Of a stretch of DNA of 64,000 bases, positions 38,591 to 50,883 are shown one piece after another. The translations under genes and the position numbers were made by a program. How positions within the stretch are numbered: position 1 is the first letter of the stretch; every line of letters begins with the position of its first letter. Source of the stretch: Escherichia coli (lineage in GTDB: Bacteria > Pseudomonadota > Gammaproteobacteria > Enterobacterales > Enterobacteriaceae); NCBI RefSeq assembly GCF_003991155.1, contig NZ_CP031293.1; one strand, written 5' to 3'. Under the pieces are notes generated by a model. It did no database searches. It had not been told where the DNA came from and was given only the letters and a program-made list of their open reading frames with translations.

Positions 38591-41392
38591 TTATTCGACG
38601 TTCAGCGCGTCATTAACCAGATCTTGTTGCTGTTTCTGGTGAACGGACATATACCCTACCGCCGGAGAGGCGGAGGCCGGGCGGCCTGCATAACGCAGAG
38701 AAGCCCCAAACGGAATCACTTCACGGAAATGATGCTGGCTGCAGTACCATGCGCCCTGATTGAGCGGCTCTTCCTGGCACCAGACAAAATCCTTGACGTG
38801 AGCAAACTGCTGCAACACTTCCTGCATCGCTTTATGCGGGAACGGGTAGAGTTGCTCGATACGCACAATGGCGACATCGTGTTGATTGTTCTTACGACGC
38901 TGTTCCAGCAGGTCGTAATAAACCTTACCAGAACACATCACTACGCGCTTCACGCCCTTCGGATCAAGCTCGTCGATTTCACCGATGGCTGGCAGGAAGG
39001 TGCCGTTCGCCAGTTCTTCGAGGCTGGAAACCGCCAGCGGATGACGCAGCAGGGATTTCGGCGACATCACGACCAGCGGACGACGCATCCCGCGCAGCGC
39101 CTGACGACGCAGCATGTGGTAAACCTGTGCCGGGGTAGACGGTACGCACACCTGCATGTTTTGCTCAGCGCAAAGTTGCAGATAACGTTCCAGACGCGCG
39201 GAGGAGTGCTCCGGCCCCTGCCCTTCGTAACCGTGCGGCAGCAACATCACCAGACCACACATCCGGCCCCATTTCTGCTCGCCAGAGGAGATGAACTGGT
39301 CGATAACCACCTGAGCACCGTTGGCGAAGTCACCGAATTGCGCTTCCCAGATAGTCAGAGTGCGTGGTTCTGCGGTGGCATAACCGTATTCAAACGCCAG
39401 TACGGCTTCTTCAGACAGTACGGAGTCCCAGACACGGAACGCGCCCTGGCCGTTATGGATGTGTTGCAGCGGCGTGTAAGTGGAACCGTTAGACTGGTTG
39501 TGGATCACCGCGTGGCGGTGGAAGAAGGTACCGCGACCGGAGTCTTCACCCGACAGGCGAACCGGAATGCCTTCGTCAACCAGCGTGGCGTAAGCGAGGT
39601 TTTCCGCGCCGCCCCAGTCGAACAGTTTCTCACCAGCAGCCATCGCCTGGCGATCGCCATAAATCTTGGCAACGCGAGACTGCATTTCAACTGCTTCCGG
39701 CACCGTGCTGATGCGTTTAGCCAGTTCCTGCAGGCGCTTCATCTCAACTTTGTTCGGGTACTCTTCGTCCCATTCGTGGTTGAGGTACGGCGACCAGGTG
39801 AAAGAGTGCATGTTCATCGGACGCCACTCTGCTACAACGCAATCGCCAGCATCCAGCGCATCGCGGTACAGGTTAACCATCTCGGTGGCATCTTCCAGCG
39901 TCGCGACTTTTTCCTGCTCCAGCTTGTCAGCATAGATTTTGCGCGGCGTCGGATGTTTTTTGATTTTCTGATACATCAGCGGCTGGGTTGCGCTCGGCTC
40001 GTCGGCTTCGTTGTGGCCGTGACGGCGGTAGCACACCAGGTCGATGAAGACATCACGTTTAAAGGTGTTACGGAAATCGAGCGCCAGACGGGTCACAAAG
40101 GCAACGGCTTCCGGATCATCCGCGTTTACGTGGAAAATCGGTGCCTGAACCATCTTACCGATATCAGTACAGTACGGTGTAGAACGAGCATCCAGCGGAT
40201 TAGAGGTGGTGAAGCCAACCTGGTTGTTGATAACGATACGTACCGTACCGCCAACTTCATAACCACGCGCTTTCGACATGTTCAGGGTTTCCTGAACCAC
40301 GCCCTGCCCGGTCACTGCGGCGTCACCGTGGATGGTGATTGGCAGCACTTTGTTGCTGCTCGGCTCATCGAGTCTGTCCAGACGGGCACGAACAGAACCG
40401 ATAACTACCGGGCTGACAATCTCAAGGTGAGACGGGTTAAACGCCAGCGCCAGGTGCACCAGGCCGCCATCGGTCTGGAAGTCAGACGAGAAGCCCATGT
40501 GGTATTTCACGTCGCCCGTGCCGAGGTGTTCTTTATGTTTACCGGCAAACTCGTCGAACAAGTCTTGCGGTTTTTTACCCAGCACGTTCACCAGCACGTT
40601 CAGACGACCACGGTGCGCCATCCCGAGAACCACTTCGCGGGTGCCGCTGTTGCCAGCGTGGCGGATCATCTCTTTAAGCATCGGGATTAACGCGTCACCG
40701 CCTTCCAGCGAGAAGCGTTTTGCGCCAGGGAATTTTGCGCCGAGGTAACGTTCAAGGCCTTCAGCGGCGGTCAGTTCGCTTAAGAAGCGTTTTTTCTCTT
40801 CGCTATTGAAAGTCGCGCGACCAGACTCGATACGCTGTTGGATCCAGCGTTTTTCTTCGGTGCTGGTGATGTGCATATACTCGGCACCAATCGGGCCGCA
40901 GTAGGTTTGCTTGAGGGCTTCCAGCAGCTCGCCGAGTTTCATGGTTTCTTTGCCGCTGGCAAATGAACCGACGTTGAAGGTCTCCTGGAAGTCTGCTTCG
41001 GTCAGATCGTGGAAAGACGGATCCAGATCGGCCACTTTATCTTGCTGCCACAGTCCCAGCGGATCGAGATTCGCATGCTGGTGACCACGGAAGCGGTATG
41101 CGTTAATGAGCTGCAGGACTTTAACCTGCTTCACATTGGTGTCAGGGTCGGAGATCGTTGAAGAGTAACGTGAAGCGTCTTTCGCCAGGCGGCGGAAATA
41201 TTCACGCGTTTGAGAGTGGAATTGATCCGGTTTGACTCCCGTACCAGGTAACTGCTGGAACGTCGAACGCCAGTTAGCGTCAACCGAGTCAGGATCGGTT
41301 AAGAAGTCTTCATAGAGCTGTTCTATCCAGCTCTGGTTTGCGCCAGAGAGGTAAGAAGAGTCCAACCAGGCTTTCAAAGCGCTGTTCTGCAT
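38591..41392 (-). CDS. sucA: 2-Oxoglutarate dehydrogenase E1
   Basis: 933 aa, matching SucA ([31 protein letters not shown]). Confidence 0.97.
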   Translation of the reverse strand: MQNSALKAWLDSSYLSGANQSWIEQLYEDFLTDPDSVDANWRSTFQQLPGTGVKPDQFHSQTREYFRRLAKDASRYSSTISDPDTNVKQVKVLQLINAYRFRGHQHANLDPLGLWQQDKVADLDPSFHDLTEADFQETFNVGSFASGKETMKLGELLEALKQTYCGPIGAEYMHITSTEEKRWIQQRIESGRATFNSEEKKRFLSELTAAEGLERYLGAKFPGAKRFSLEGGDALIPMLKEMIRHAGNSGTREVVLGMAHRGRLNVLVNVLGKKPQDLFDEFAGKHKEHLGTGDVKYHMGFSSDFQTDGGLVHLALAFNPSHLEIVSPVVIGSVRARLDRLDEPSSNKVLPITIHGDAAVTGQGVVQETLNMSKARGYEVGGTVRIVINNQVGFTTSNPLDARSTPYCTDIGKMVQAPIFHVNADDPEAVAFVTRLALDFRNTFKRDVFIDLVCYRRHGHNEADEPSATQPLMYQKIKKHPTPRKIYADKLEQEKVATLEDATEMVNLYRDALDAGDCVVAEWRPMNMHSFTWSPYLNHEWDEEYPNKVEMKRLQELAKRISTVPEAVEMQSRVAKIYGDRQAMAAGEKLFDWGGAENLAYATLVDEGIPVRLSGEDSGRGTFFHRHAVIHNQSNGSTYTPLQHIHNGQGAFRVWDSVLSEEAVLAFEYGYATAEPRTLTIWEAQFGDFANGAQVVIDQFISSGEQKWGRMCGLVMLLPHGYEGQGPEHSSARLERYLQLCAEQNMQVCVPSTPAQVYHMLRRQALRGMRRPLVVMSPKSLLRHPLAVSSLEELANGTFLPAIGEIDELDPKGVKRVVMCSGKVYYDLLEQRRKNNQHDVAIVRIEQLYPFPHKAMQEVLQQFAHVKDFVWCQEEPLNQGAWYCSQHHFREVIPFGASLRYAGRPASASPAVGYMSVHQKQQQDLVNDALNVE

Positions 41393-41592
41393 CGTGATCC
41401 CTTAAGCATCTTTTTTATGCTTACTTCGCCGTGGATACTACCACGCACAGTGATGTGCGTGCCGGGGTTCACTTGCGAGCTCTTGTCTACGTAGTGGCTC
41501 GCGAAGGAACCTTTAAAAACTGTCTTAGTGTCAGGGGCAGTTTTTAAAGATTTCCTGAATAGCCGGGGGATTTCCCCGGCATCAACATTTAA

Positions 41593-42309
41593 TTACGCAT
41601 TACGTTGCAACAACATCGACTTGATATGGCCGATGGCGCGCGTCGGGTTCAGCCCCTTCGGACATACACTGACGCAGTTCATGATGCTGTGACAGCGGAA
41701 TACACTGAATGCATCGCTCAAACCGTCGAGGCGGCTGTCAGTCTCGGTATCACGGCTATCGATCAGGAAACGATATGCCGCTAACAAGCCTGCCGGGCCG
41801 ATAAACTTATCGGGATTCCACCAGAAAGACGGACAAGAGGTTGAACAACATGCGCAGAGAATACATTCATACAACCCGTCGAGTTTTTCGCGCTGCTCTG
41901 GCATCTGTAAATGCTCGCGAGCTGGCGGATTTTGTCCATTATTCAACAGGTAAGGCTTAATTTTCTCATATTGCGCATAGAATTGTCCCATGTCTACCAC
42001 CAAATCGCGGATCACCGGTAAACCTGGCAGCGGGCGAATCACAATCTTCTTGCCCGGCTGGTTGAGTGCCGAAATCGGGGTAATACAGGCCAGACCATTC
42101 TTGCCGTTCATGTTCAGACCGTCGGAACCGCACACACCTTCGCGGCAGGAGCGGCGGAACGACAGGCTGGGATCTTTCTCTTTCAGCTGGATAAGCGCAT
42201 CCAGCAGCATCATGTCGCGACCTTCTTCCGCTTCCAGGGTGTAATCCTGCATACGCGGAGCATCATCAACATCCGGGTTATAGCGATAAATTGAAAACTC
42301 GAGTCTCAT
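41593..42309 (-). CDS. sdhB: Succinate dehydrogenase iron-sulfur subunit
   Basis: 238 aa, matching SdhB. Confidence 0.97.
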   Translation of the reverse strand: MRLEFSIYRYNPDVDDAPRMQDYTLEAEEGRDMMLLDALIQLKEKDPSLSFRRSCREGVCGSDGLNMNGKNGLACITPISALNQPGKKIVIRPLPGLPVIRDLVVDMGQFYAQYEKIKPYLLNNGQNPPAREHLQMPEQREKLDGLYECILCACCSTSCPSFWWNPDKFIGPAGLLAAYRFLIDSRDTETDSRLDGLSDAFSVFRCHSIMNCVSVCPKGLNPTRAIGHIKSMLLQRNA

Positions 42310-42324
42310 TTTCCTGTCTCCGCA

Positions 42325-44091
42325 TTAGTAAGTACGAATCTTCGGCGGGAATGCCGGGCGCAGTTTCGGTTCCATGTTGACGCTTCGGCGCGTCATGGAT
42401 TCCGACTCTGGCAGATACAGGGAGTGGCACAGCCAGTTTTCATCATCGCGATCCGGGAAGTCGAAGCGGCTATGCGCGCCACGGCTTTCGGTACGGAAGT
42501 TGGCAGAAACAGCCGTTGCATACGCCGTTTCCATCAGGTTATCCAGTTCCAGGCACTCAACGCGCTGGGTGTTGAACTCGCTGGAAGTGTCATCCAGACG
42601 GGCATTTTTCAGACGCTCGCGGATAACTTTCAACTGCTCAAGCCCTTTCGCCATCGCATCACCTTCACGGAAGACCGAGAAGTTATGCTGCATACATTCT
42701 TGCAGTGCTTTACGGATCGCCACCGGATCTTCACCGTTACGGTTGTTGTTCCAGCGATTCAGACGATCCAGAGACGCTTCTACATCAGACTCGCTGGCAT
42801 CGCGCAGTGCGCCCTGCTCGGCAATAGACTCTTGCAGATGCAGACCCGCTGCGCGACCAAAGACCACCAGGTCCAGCAGCGAGTTGCCGCCCAGACGGTT
42901 AGCGCCGTGTACCGATACACAAGCGATTTCACCAACGGCAAACAGCCCCGGAACAACCACATCTTCGCCTTTCTCGTTCACAGTCAGCGCCTGACCGGTC
43001 ACTTTGGTCGGAATACCGCCCATCATGTAGTGACAGGTTGGGATAACCGGAATCGGCTCTTTCACCGGATCAACGTGAGCGAAGGTACGGGAGAGTTCCA
43101 GAATACCCGGCAGACGGGATTCGAGAACTTCTTTACCCAGGTGATCGAGTTTCAGTTTCGCGTGTGGCCCCCACGGACCATCACAGCCGCGACCTTCACG
43201 GATTTCGATCATGATGGAACGCGCCACCACATCACGGCCCGCCAGGTCTTTGGCGTTCGGCGCATAACGCTCCATAAAGCGTTCGCCATGTTTGTTCAGC
43301 AGATAACCGCCTTCACCACGGCAACCTTCGGTGACCAGTACGCCCGCACCGGCAATACCGGTCGGGTGGAACTGCCACATTTCCATATCCTGTACCGGTA
43401 CGCCTGCACGGATAGCCATGCCGACACCGTCGCCAGTGTTAATGTGGGCGTTGGTGGTGGACTGATAAATACGCCCTGCCCCGCCAGTCGCCAGCACTGT
43501 CGCGCGAGCTTTAAAGTAAACCACTTCACCAGTTTCGATGCACAGTGCGGTACAACCGACCACTGCGCCATCCTGGTTTTTCACCAGATCCAGCGCATAC
43601 CACTCGGAGAAAATGGTGGTGTGGTTTTTCAGGTTCTGCTGATAAAGCGTGTGCAACAGTGCGTGACCGGTACGGTCAGCTGCCGCCGCAGTACGTGCCG
43701 CCTGCTCGCCGCCGAAGTTTTTCGACTGACCGCCAAACGGACGTTGATAGATACGACCATCATCAAGACGCGAGAACGGCAGGCCCATATGTTCCAGTTC
43801 CAGAATCGCTTCCGGCCCGGTTTTACACATATATTCAATCGCGTCCTGGTCACCGATATAGTCCGACCCTTTTACGGTGTCGTACATATGCCATTCCCAG
43901 TTATCTTCATGGGTATTACCCAGCGCAACGGTAATGCCGCCTTGCGCAGAAACGGTATGGGAACGGGTCGGGAAGACTTTAGAGAGCAGCGCACAGGTCT
44001 GACCGCTCTGGGAAATTTGCAGCGCCGCGCGCATACCTGCGCCACCGGCACCAATCACAACTGCATCAAATTCTCTGACTGGCAATTTCAT
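42325..44091 (-). CDS. sdhA: Succinate dehydrogenase flavoprotein subunit
   Basis: Start trimmed to ATG 44091 ([19 protein letters not shown]; TGATG overlap with the sdhD stop). 588 aa. Confidence 0.97.
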   Translation of the reverse strand: MKLPVREFDAVVIGAGGAGMRAALQISQSGQTCALLSKVFPTRSHTVSAQGGITVALGNTHEDNWEWHMYDTVKGSDYIGDQDAIEYMCKTGPEAILELEHMGLPFSRLDDGRIYQRPFGGQSKNFGGEQAARTAAAADRTGHALLHTLYQQNLKNHTTIFSEWYALDLVKNQDGAVVGCTALCIETGEVVYFKARATVLATGGAGRIYQSTTNAHINTGDGVGMAIRAGVPVQDMEMWQFHPTGIAGAGVLVTEGCRGEGGYLLNKHGERFMERYAPNAKDLAGRDVVARSIMIEIREGRGCDGPWGPHAKLKLDHLGKEVLESRLPGILELSRTFAHVDPVKEPIPVIPTCHYMMGGIPTKVTGQALTVNEKGEDVVVPGLFAVGEIACVSVHGANRLGGNSLLDLVVFGRAAGLHLQESIAEQGALRDASESDVEASLDRLNRWNNNRNGEDPVAIRKALQECMQHNFSVFREGDAMAKGLEQLKVIRERLKNARLDDTSSEFNTQRVECLELDNLMETAYATAVSANFRTESRGAHSRFDFPDRDDENWLCHSLYLPESESMTRRSVNMEPKLRPAFPPKIRTY

Positions 44092-44438
44092 CACACACCC
44101 CACACCACAACGAATCCATAAATCACGTAAACCACCAGAGCAACGACAATCACCAGTTGCAGCATCAGGCGCAAGGCCAGCGGTTTAACGTAGTCGGTCA
44201 ACACCTGCCACATGCCGATCCAGGCATGGATCAAGATAGAAAACAGCGCCAGCAGGGTGAACACTTTGGTGAACGCAGAGGCGAAGAAACCAATCCAGAC
44301 TTCATATGTCAGCTCGCCACTGGTAGCGAAAAAACCGACCATATAAATGATGTAGAGCGTCAGGACGATAGCGGTAGCGCGAACGAGGATGAAATCATGT
44401 ACGCCATTGCGTCCTAATGCGGAGGCGTTGCTTACCAT
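44091..44438 (-). CDS. sdhD: Succinate dehydrogenase membrane anchor subunit
   Basis: 115 aa, matching SdhD. Confidence 0.96.
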
Positions 44439-44821
44439 ACGAGGACTCCTGCGAGAAGTGAAAGCACGACAGTAATAACAAAGGAGATTTTGGCGGAGCG
44501 TTTACCCGCTTCGAATGTTTCTTCCAGATAGCCAAAATCCATCATCATGTGGCGAATACCTACGACGACGTGATATGCCAGAGCGGTAAGGATGCCCCAC
44601 ATGATAAATTTGACGAAGAAGCTGCCCATAATCGCAGAAGCTTGCTCGAAACCTTCAGGGGAAGAGAGGCTGGTACCCAGAAGCCACAGCAGGATGCCCA
44701 CTGCAACAAAGGTGATCACACCGGAAACGCGATGGAGAATGGACGCTATCGCCGTGACGGGGAACCGAATGGTCTGTAGGTCCAGATTAACAGGTCTTTG
44801 TTTTTTCACATTTCTTATCAT
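44432..44821 (-). CDS. sdhC: Succinate dehydrogenase cytochrome b556 subunit
   Basis: Start trimmed to ATG 44821 ([20 protein letters not shown]). 129 aa. Confidence 0.96.
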
Positions 44822-45529
44822 GAATAACGCCCACATGCTGTTCTTATTATTCCCTGGGGACTACGGGCACAGAGGTTAACTTTCTGTTACCTGGAGACGT
44901 CGGGATTTCCTTCCTCCGGTCTGCTTGCGGGTCAGACAGCGTCCTTTCTATAACTGCGCGTCATGCAAAACACTGCTTCCAGATGCGAAAACGACACGTT
45001 ACAACGCTGGGTGGCTCGGGATTGCAGGGTGTTCCGGAGACCTGGCGGCAGTATAGGCCGTTCACAAAATCATTACAATTAACCTACATATAGTTTGTCG
45101 GGTTTTATCCTGAACAGTGATCCAGGTCACGATAACAACATTTATTTAATTTTTAATCATCTAATTTGACAATCATTCAACAAAGTTGTTACAAACATTA
45201 CCAGGAAAAGCATATAATGCGTAAAAGTTATGAAGTCGGTATTTCACCTAAGATTAACTTATGTAACAGTGTGGAAGTATTGACCAATTCATTCGGGACA
45301 GTTATTAGTGGTAGACAAGTTTAATAATTCGGATTGCTAAGTACTTGATTCGCCATTTATTCGTCATCAATGGATCCTTTACCTGCAAGCGCCCAGAGCT
45401 CTGTACCCAGGTTTTCCCCTCTTTCACAGAGCGGCGAGCCAAATAACAAACGGGTAAAGCCAGGTTGATGTGCGAAGGCAAATTTAAGTTCCGGCAGTCT
45501 TACGCAATAAGGCGCTAAGGAGACCTTAA
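44822..45529. promoter_or_regulatory. Divergent sdhC-gltA control region
   Basis: 708-bp non-coding spacer between divergently transcribed sdhC and gltA. It has an AT-rich core (45060-45350). This region is known to hold both promoters and ArcA/CRP/Fur-type inputs; individual sites were not resolved. Confidence 0.6.
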
Positions 45530-46813
45530 ATGGCTGATACAAAAGCAAAACTCACCCTCAACGGGGACACAGCTGTTGAACTGGATGTGCTGAAAGGCAC
45601 GCTGGGTCAAGATGTTATTGATATCCGTACTCTCGGTTCAAAAGGTGTGTTCACCTTTGACCCAGGCTTCACTTCAACCGCATCCTGCGAATCTAAAATT
45701 ACTTTTATTGATGGTGATGAAGGTATTTTGCTGCACCGCGGTTTCCCGATCGATCAGCTGGCGACCGATTCTAACTACCTGGAAGTTTGTTACATCCTGC
45801 TGAATGGTGAAAAACCAACTCAGGAACAGTATGACGAATTTAAAACTACGGTGACCCGTCATACCATGATCCACGAGCAGATTACCCGTCTGTTCCATGC
45901 TTTCCGTCGCGACTCGCATCCAATGGCAGTCATGTGTGGTATTACCGGCGCGCTGGCGGCGTTCTATCACGACTCGCTGGATGTTAACAATCCTCGTCAT
46001 CGTGAAATTGCCGCGTTCCGCCTGCTGTCGAAAATGCCGACCATGGCCGCGATGTGTTACAAGTATTCCATTGGTCAGCCATTCGTTTACCCGCGCAACG
46101 ATCTCTCCTATGCCGGTAACTTCCTGAATATGATGTTCTCCACGCCGTGCGAACCGTATGAAGTTAATCCGATTCTGGAACGTGCTATGGACCGTATTCT
46201 GATCCTGCACGCTGACCATGAACAGAACGCCTCTACCTCCACCGTGCGTACCGCTGGCTCTTCGGGGGCGAACCCGTTTGCCTGTATCGCAGCAGGTATT
46301 GCTTCACTGTGGGGACCTGCGCACGGTGGTGCTAACGAAGCGGCGCTGAAAATGCTGGAAGAAATCAGTTCCGTTAAACACATTCCGGAATTTGTTCGTC
46401 GTGCGAAAGACAAAAATGACTCTTTCCGCCTGATGGGCTTCGGCCACCGCGTGTACAAAAATTACGACCCGCGCGCCACCGTAATGCGTGAAACCTGCCA
46501 TGAAGTTCTGAAAGAGCTGGGCACCAAAGATGACCTGCTGGAAGTGGCTATGGAGCTGGAAAACATCGCGCTGAACGACCCGTACTTTATCGAGAAAAAA
46601 CTGTACCCGAACGTCGATTTCTACTCTGGTATCATCCTGAAAGCGATGGGTATTCCGTCTTCTATGTTCACCGTGATCTTCGCGATGGCGCGTACCGTTG
46701 GCTGGATCGCCCACTGGAGCGAAATGCACAGTGACGGTATGAAGATTGCCCGTCCGCGTCAGCTTTACACCGGCTACGCGCAGCGTGATTTTAAGTCGGA
46801 TATTAAGAAGTAA
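45530..46813 (+). CDS. gltA: Citrate synthase
   Basis: 427 aa, matching GltA ([23 protein letters not shown]). Confidence 0.97.
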   Translation: MADTKAKLTLNGDTAVELDVLKGTLGQDVIDIRTLGSKGVFTFDPGFTSTASCESKITFIDGDEGILLHRGFPIDQLATDSNYLEVCYILLNGEKPTQEQYDEFKTTVTRHTMIHEQITRLFHAFRRDSHPMAVMCGITGALAAFYHDSLDVNNPRHREIAAFRLLSKMPTMAAMCYKYSIGQPFVYPRNDLSYAGNFLNMMFSTPCEPYEVNPILERAMDRILILHADHEQNASTSTVRTAGSSGANPFACIAAGIASLWGPAHGGANEAALKMLEEISSVKHIPEFVRRAKDKNDSFRLMGFGHRVYKNYDPRATVMRETCHEVLKELGTKDDLLEVAMELENIALNDPYFIEKKLYPNVDFYSGIILKAMGIPSSMFTVIFAMARTVGWIAHWSEMHSDGMKIARPRQLYTGYAQRDFKSDIKK

Positions 46814-46826
46814 AAATGACACCGAC

Positions 46827-46856
46827 AAAACCCTGCGTGTTCACGCAGGGTTTTTA
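46827..46856. terminator. Bidirectional terminator between gltA and the TRAP dctM gene
   Basis: aaaaccctgcgtg-ttc-acgcagggttttt hairpin, 14 nt after the gltA stop and 4 nt before the dctM stop. Confidence 0.8.
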
Positions 46857-46859
46857 GTT

Positions 46860-48170
46860 CTACACCAACAGCAAAGATATTGCCGGGATATAGGTAATAA
46901 CCAACAGCAGTAAAATAAGACTAACCAGTAGTGGCACCGCTTCTCGCATAAATTGCCCGACAGAAACCTGCACGGTATTACATACCAGCAGCATCACCGT
47001 TCCGACAGGCGGTGATAACGTTCCTAACGATAAGTTGAGGATCATGATGATGCCAAAATGCACCGGATCAATGCCAAAATGAGCCACCACAGGTTTAAGT
47101 AATGGAACTAATATCAGCAGGATGGCACTACCTTCAAGAAACATGCCAAGCACCAGCAGCAATAGATTGATAATCAATAAAAAGACGTATTTATTATCAG
47201 TCAGAGATGTCACAAACTCCGCAACCGTGATACCTGCCCGCTCAAGGGAAAATATCCAGCCCAGCGCGGCACTCGCCATAATGATTAACATGACCGATGC
47301 CGTCGAACGCGCCGTCTCTGAGAGTGCTGTAAATACATGGCTGATTTTCAGTTCGCGATAAATTACAAAACCAATAAACATCACCAATAATACTGCTACG
47401 GCTCCAGCTTCCGTTGGCGTAAAGATATTTGCCCGAATACCACCGATAACCGCAACAATTAAGAACAGTGCTGGCCAGGCCTGCACCAGCGCCACTGACA
47501 CTTCTTTCGGTTTTGGCCAGTGTTCGCTGGAAGGTTTTAAACCGCGCCGAATAGCTACCAGCCATACAGTGACAATCAACATGGCGGAACACAGCAGACC
47601 GGGCAGGATCCCGGCCATAAACATGGAGCCGATGGAGACATCCGCCACCAGTCCGTAAAGGATCAGTGCAATACCCGGTGGAATAATTGGTGTAATCAGC
47701 GAACCACTTGCCGTTATCGCCGCCGCAAAGCCACGGGAATAACCTTTCTGTTCCATTTCCGGCACCATCATGCGCGATAACATCGCAGCATCCGCCAGGT
47801 TTGAGGCGCTAACGCCGCCCATCATGGTACTGACCAGAATATTAGCCCCACCCAGACCACCGCGCATTCTGCCAATCAACACGTTGGCAATTTGCAAAAT
47901 ACGCGCGGCAATACCGGTATAGCTCATTAACGTGCCTAATAAGATAAAAAATGGAATAGCTAACAGCGAAGGGGTTTGCGTCGTGGCAATCAAACGCTGA
48001 ATTGCTACCATTAACGGCACATTTGAATAGCAAAGGAAGTAGGTCAGAATGCCGCAAAACATCGCCAGCCATACCGGCATATTGATAAATAAACAGATGA
48101 ACATAAGCGGAATGATCATTAGCCAGTTATCCAGCCAGCTTCCCGCCAGTAATTCACTCAATGCTGTCAT
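46860..48170 (-). CDS. TRAP transporter large permease (DctM family)
   Basis: 436-aa polytopic protein. TAATG overlap with the upstream DctQ gene. Confidence 0.9.
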   Translation of the reverse strand: MTALSELLAGSWLDNWLMIIPLMFICLFINMPVWLAMFCGILTYFLCYSNVPLMVAIQRLIATTQTPSLLAIPFFILLGTLMSYTGIAARILQIANVLIGRMRGGLGGANILVSTMMGGVSASNLADAAMLSRMMVPEMEQKGYSRGFAAAITASGSLITPIIPPGIALILYGLVADVSIGSMFMAGILPGLLCSAMLIVTVWLVAIRRGLKPSSEHWPKPKEVSVALVQAWPALFLIVAVIGGIRANIFTPTEAGAVAVLLVMFIGFVIYRELKISHVFTALSETARSTASVMLIIMASAALGWIFSLERAGITVAEFVTSLTDNKYVFLLIINLLLLVLGMFLEGSAILLILVPLLKPVVAHFGIDPVHFGIIMILNLSLGTLSPPVGTVMLLVCNTVQVSVGQFMREAVPLLVSLILLLLVITYIPAISLLLV

Positions 48171-48631
48171 TATTCACCTTCCTTGCGTGGCGTTTTCTTG
48201 ATCAGGTGTAAGGCAGTAAAACAGGCGATACCGATTGCACCAACCGTGACCGCAATATCGATCCAAAACCAGGATATTTTTAATATTTGCGTGGTTTTAA
48301 ATGCTGTTCCGGCAGCTAATTTCCATGCTGACCAAGCCATCACACTCAGTAAAACAATAGATATCAGAGAGACAAATAACGTTAAAACACGTTGCACGCG
48401 TGGTGTCAGTGCATCAGCTAAAAATGGAATCGACAAATGGGTATTATCCCGCTCGGCAACGACCGCACCAAACATGACTACCCAAATCATTAATAAACCG
48501 GAAACCTCTTCTGTCCACTGTAATGGCATATGAAAACAGTAACGCATTATTACCGCAGCAATGGTCATGATTACCAATATAAAGAGCGTTAATACCGCAG
48601 CAACTTCAATCATTTTCCCTAAAAGACGCAT
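48170..48631 (-). CDS. TRAP transporter small permease (DctQ family)
   Basis: Start trimmed to ATG 48631 (GAGG upstream). 153 aa, 4 TM segments. Confidence 0.85.
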   Translation of the reverse strand: MRLLGKMIEVAAVLTLFILVIMTIAAVIMRYCFHMPLQWTEEVSGLLMIWVVMFGAVVAERDNTHLSIPFLADALTPRVQRVLTLFVSLISIVLLSVMAWSAWKLAAGTAFKTTQILKISWFWIDIAVTVGAIGIACFTALHLIKKTPRKEGE

Positions 48632-48690
48632 AAACACCTCTGCTCTTAACGGTCGGTGCCGAAACACCGACCAGTCCTTATGCCATGAAG

Positions 48691-49659
48691 TTATTTCAGC
48701 TGTTGCTGAATAGTGTCATACAAACCAGGGGTCCATTCCGGGAATTGTTGATAGACTTTTAAGGCTTTTTCTTTGAAAGGGGCGACGTCAGGATAGATAA
48801 TTTCCACGCCCTGCTCCTGCATGGTTTTCAACATTGTCGCATCCTGCTCAGTGGTAATTTTCTGGCTATATAAACCAGCTTCATACGCTGTCTGGTGAAT
48901 AATATCTAACTGCGCAGGTGTCAGGGTACTGAAAAACGCTTCACCACCCAACCATAATGATGTATTGGTCAGATAGTTCACCATTGACAGATATTTCGCC
49001 TGCTCATGCAGTTTTTGCCCATACAGAACAGAAACCGGGTTTTCCACACCATCGATCATCCCCTGCGTCAGCGCCGGATAAACGTCTCCCAGCGGCATTG
49101 GCGTTGGGGTTGCGCCCATTGCTTCAATGGCTTTAATCTGCATAACGTTATTCGGCACGCGGATCTTCATCCCTTTCAGGTCTTCAGGTGTACGAATCGG
49201 TTTTTTAGCAATGATCTGCCTGGTACCGTACAGATAGTTGCTCATGACAATATGCACACCTTTTTCCCGTAGTTTCTGTTCTTTTTGTTTAAACCAGTCA
49301 CTGGCATAAATCGCAAACAGTTTCTGCGGATCTTCGGTTAAATAAGGCCCAAACAATATTCCCAGGTCTGCATCGTAGTCAGTTAAAAATCCCACATCAC
49401 TGATGGTGATAATATTCATCCCCATCAACGCTTGTTCAGTAATATCTTGTTTAGAACCTAACTGTGAACTTGGGTAAAGTTCGAAAACAATATCTCCATT
49501 GCTTTTTTTCTTCACAAGTTCTGCCCAGTGCTTCACTACTGTATCCGCTGGCTCGCCGGGGTTACTTTCATAGGCGATTTTGATAGTTACCGGTGCGGCA
49601 TTCAGCATCGGACTAAATAAAGCGAAAAGAAATAAAAGTGGTGTCAGTAATTTTTTCAT
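48691..49659 (-). CDS. TRAP transporter periplasmic solute-binding protein (DctP family)
   Basis: 322 aa with signal peptide MKKLLTPLLFLFALFSPMLNA|AP and DctP-like architecture. Confidence 0.9.
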   Translation of the reverse strand: MKKLLTPLLFLFALFSPMLNAAPVTIKIAYESNPGEPADTVVKHWAELVKKKSNGDIVFELYPSSQLGSKQDITEQALMGMNIITISDVGFLTDYDADLGILFGPYLTEDPQKLFAIYASDWFKQKEQKLREKGVHIVMSNYLYGTRQIIAKKPIRTPEDLKGMKIRVPNNVMQIKAIEAMGATPTPMPLGDVYPALTQGMIDGVENPVSVLYGQKLHEQAKYLSMVNYLTNTSLWLGGEAFFSTLTPAQLDIIHQTAYEAGLYSQKITTEQDATMLKTMQEQGVEIIYPDVAPFKEKALKVYQQFPEWTPGLYDTIQQQLK

Positions 49660-49686
49660 TATTATTACCTGTAAGAGCTTTATCGA

Positions 49687-50883
49687 TTAACGGGGATCTG
49701 CCCGACAGACTGCACTTTTGCTGTAATCAAATGCTTTATACGTTAAAACAAACTCCTGATGTTCCAGTCGTTCTGCGGCACAATATTGACCGTTGGCGAC
49801 ATGTTCAATCACCTGCATAATATCGTCTGCAATATCGTCGAGCGTTGCGCCTTCGCTAATTACACGACCGGCATTAACGTCCATATCGTCAGATAAATGC
49901 TCCCACGTCTGCGGGTTATTACACACTTTAATAATAGGAGCGATCACTGAACCAATAACTGAACCGCGACCTGTGGTAAATAACACCATATGACAGCCAG
50001 AGGCGATAAGTTCCAGTGCTTCTGAGGAATCGTTAATATTCGGATACCCAAAACGAGGTTCACCATCAGGCACCACGTCCATCAACCAAAGCCCAGGAAA
50101 GGGCGTTTGTTGCGTCGGCAAAATAACGCCAGCAATCAGCGCATCGCCCGACTTGGTATAAGCCCCAAGGGATTTTTCTTCCTGAGTGGTTAAGCCGCCT
50201 TCAGCATTACCATTAGAAAAACTCCCCAGCCCCATCAAACTGTAATAACGTTCGGCTTTTGCCATTGCCACTTCGATGGCATCACGTGCCTGCGAACTAG
50301 CCGCGCGCGACATCATATGCTGCTCACAACCAAGCAACTCACCGCTTTCTTCAAAAATACAGGTAGCCCCTTTCTCCAGCAGTTGGTCAAAGGCACGTCC
50401 TACTGCCGGGTTACCCGTGATACCACTGGTGCCATCGGAGCCACCGCAGATAGTACCAACCACCAGGTCGCTCCAGTTCAGGATACAACGCGGTGTATCC
50501 GCAAGCTGTTCCAGCATTTCAGCGACCAACTGCTTACCCAGAGTAATGGTGTTGGTCGTGCCTTTATTTTCCTGAATGACCAGCGTATGGCACGGTCGCC
50601 CACTTTCTCGTACTTCTTGCTCCAGCCGACGGCGATCAAAATTCTCGCACCCCAGCGAAATAATCAGTACACCACCTACGTTGCTATGAATCGCCAGATT
50701 TTTTACCAGACGATAGCCATAATCGCTGGGATAACAACCTGAAAAACCAAAATACTGCACGTCGTGACAAGGAAATCCTTCGGCAATCTTTTTAGCGACA
50801 TGGCTGGCACACTCCACCATAAAGATTACCTGCACAGTATTACGAATACCCGGTCGACCATTTTGCCGTACATAACCTTCCAT
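49687..50883 (-). CDS. UxaA-family sugar-acid dehydratase, large subunit (UxaA C-terminal domain)
   Basis: 398 aa. MEGYVRQNGRPGIRNTVQVIFMVEC is the characteristic GY.R..G..GIRN start of the altronate/galactarate dehydratase catalytic domain. Confidence 0.85.
   Translation of the reverse strand: MEGYVRQNGRPGIRNTVQVIFMVECASHVAKKIAEGFPCHDVQYFGFSGCYPSDYGYRLVKNLAIHSNVGGVLIISLGCENFDRRRLEQEVRESGRPCHTLVIQENKGTTNTITLGKQLVAEMLEQLADTPRCILNWSDLVVGTICGGSDGTSGITGNPAVGRAFDQLLEKGATCIFEESGELLGCEQHMMSRAASSQARDAIEVAMAKAERYYSLMGLGSFSNGNAEGGLTTQEEKSLGAYTKSGDALIAGVILPTQQTPFPGLWLMDVVPDGEPRFGYPNINDSSEALELIASGCHMVLFTTGRGSVIGSVIAPIIKVCNNPQTWEHLSDDMDVNAGRVISEGATLDDIADDIMQVIEHVANGQYCAAERLEHQEFVLTYKAFDYSKSAVCRADPR

Noticed and set aside
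38378-40690. 770-aa plus-strand ORF
   Set aside because: It is antisense to sucA. There is no start context and the composition is Arg/His/Val-rich, so it is a mirror-frame artefact. The same applies to 37266-38237 (antisense to sucB), 42424-44121 (antisense to sdhA), 35359-36027 (antisense to sucD) and 36429-36914 (antisense to sucC).
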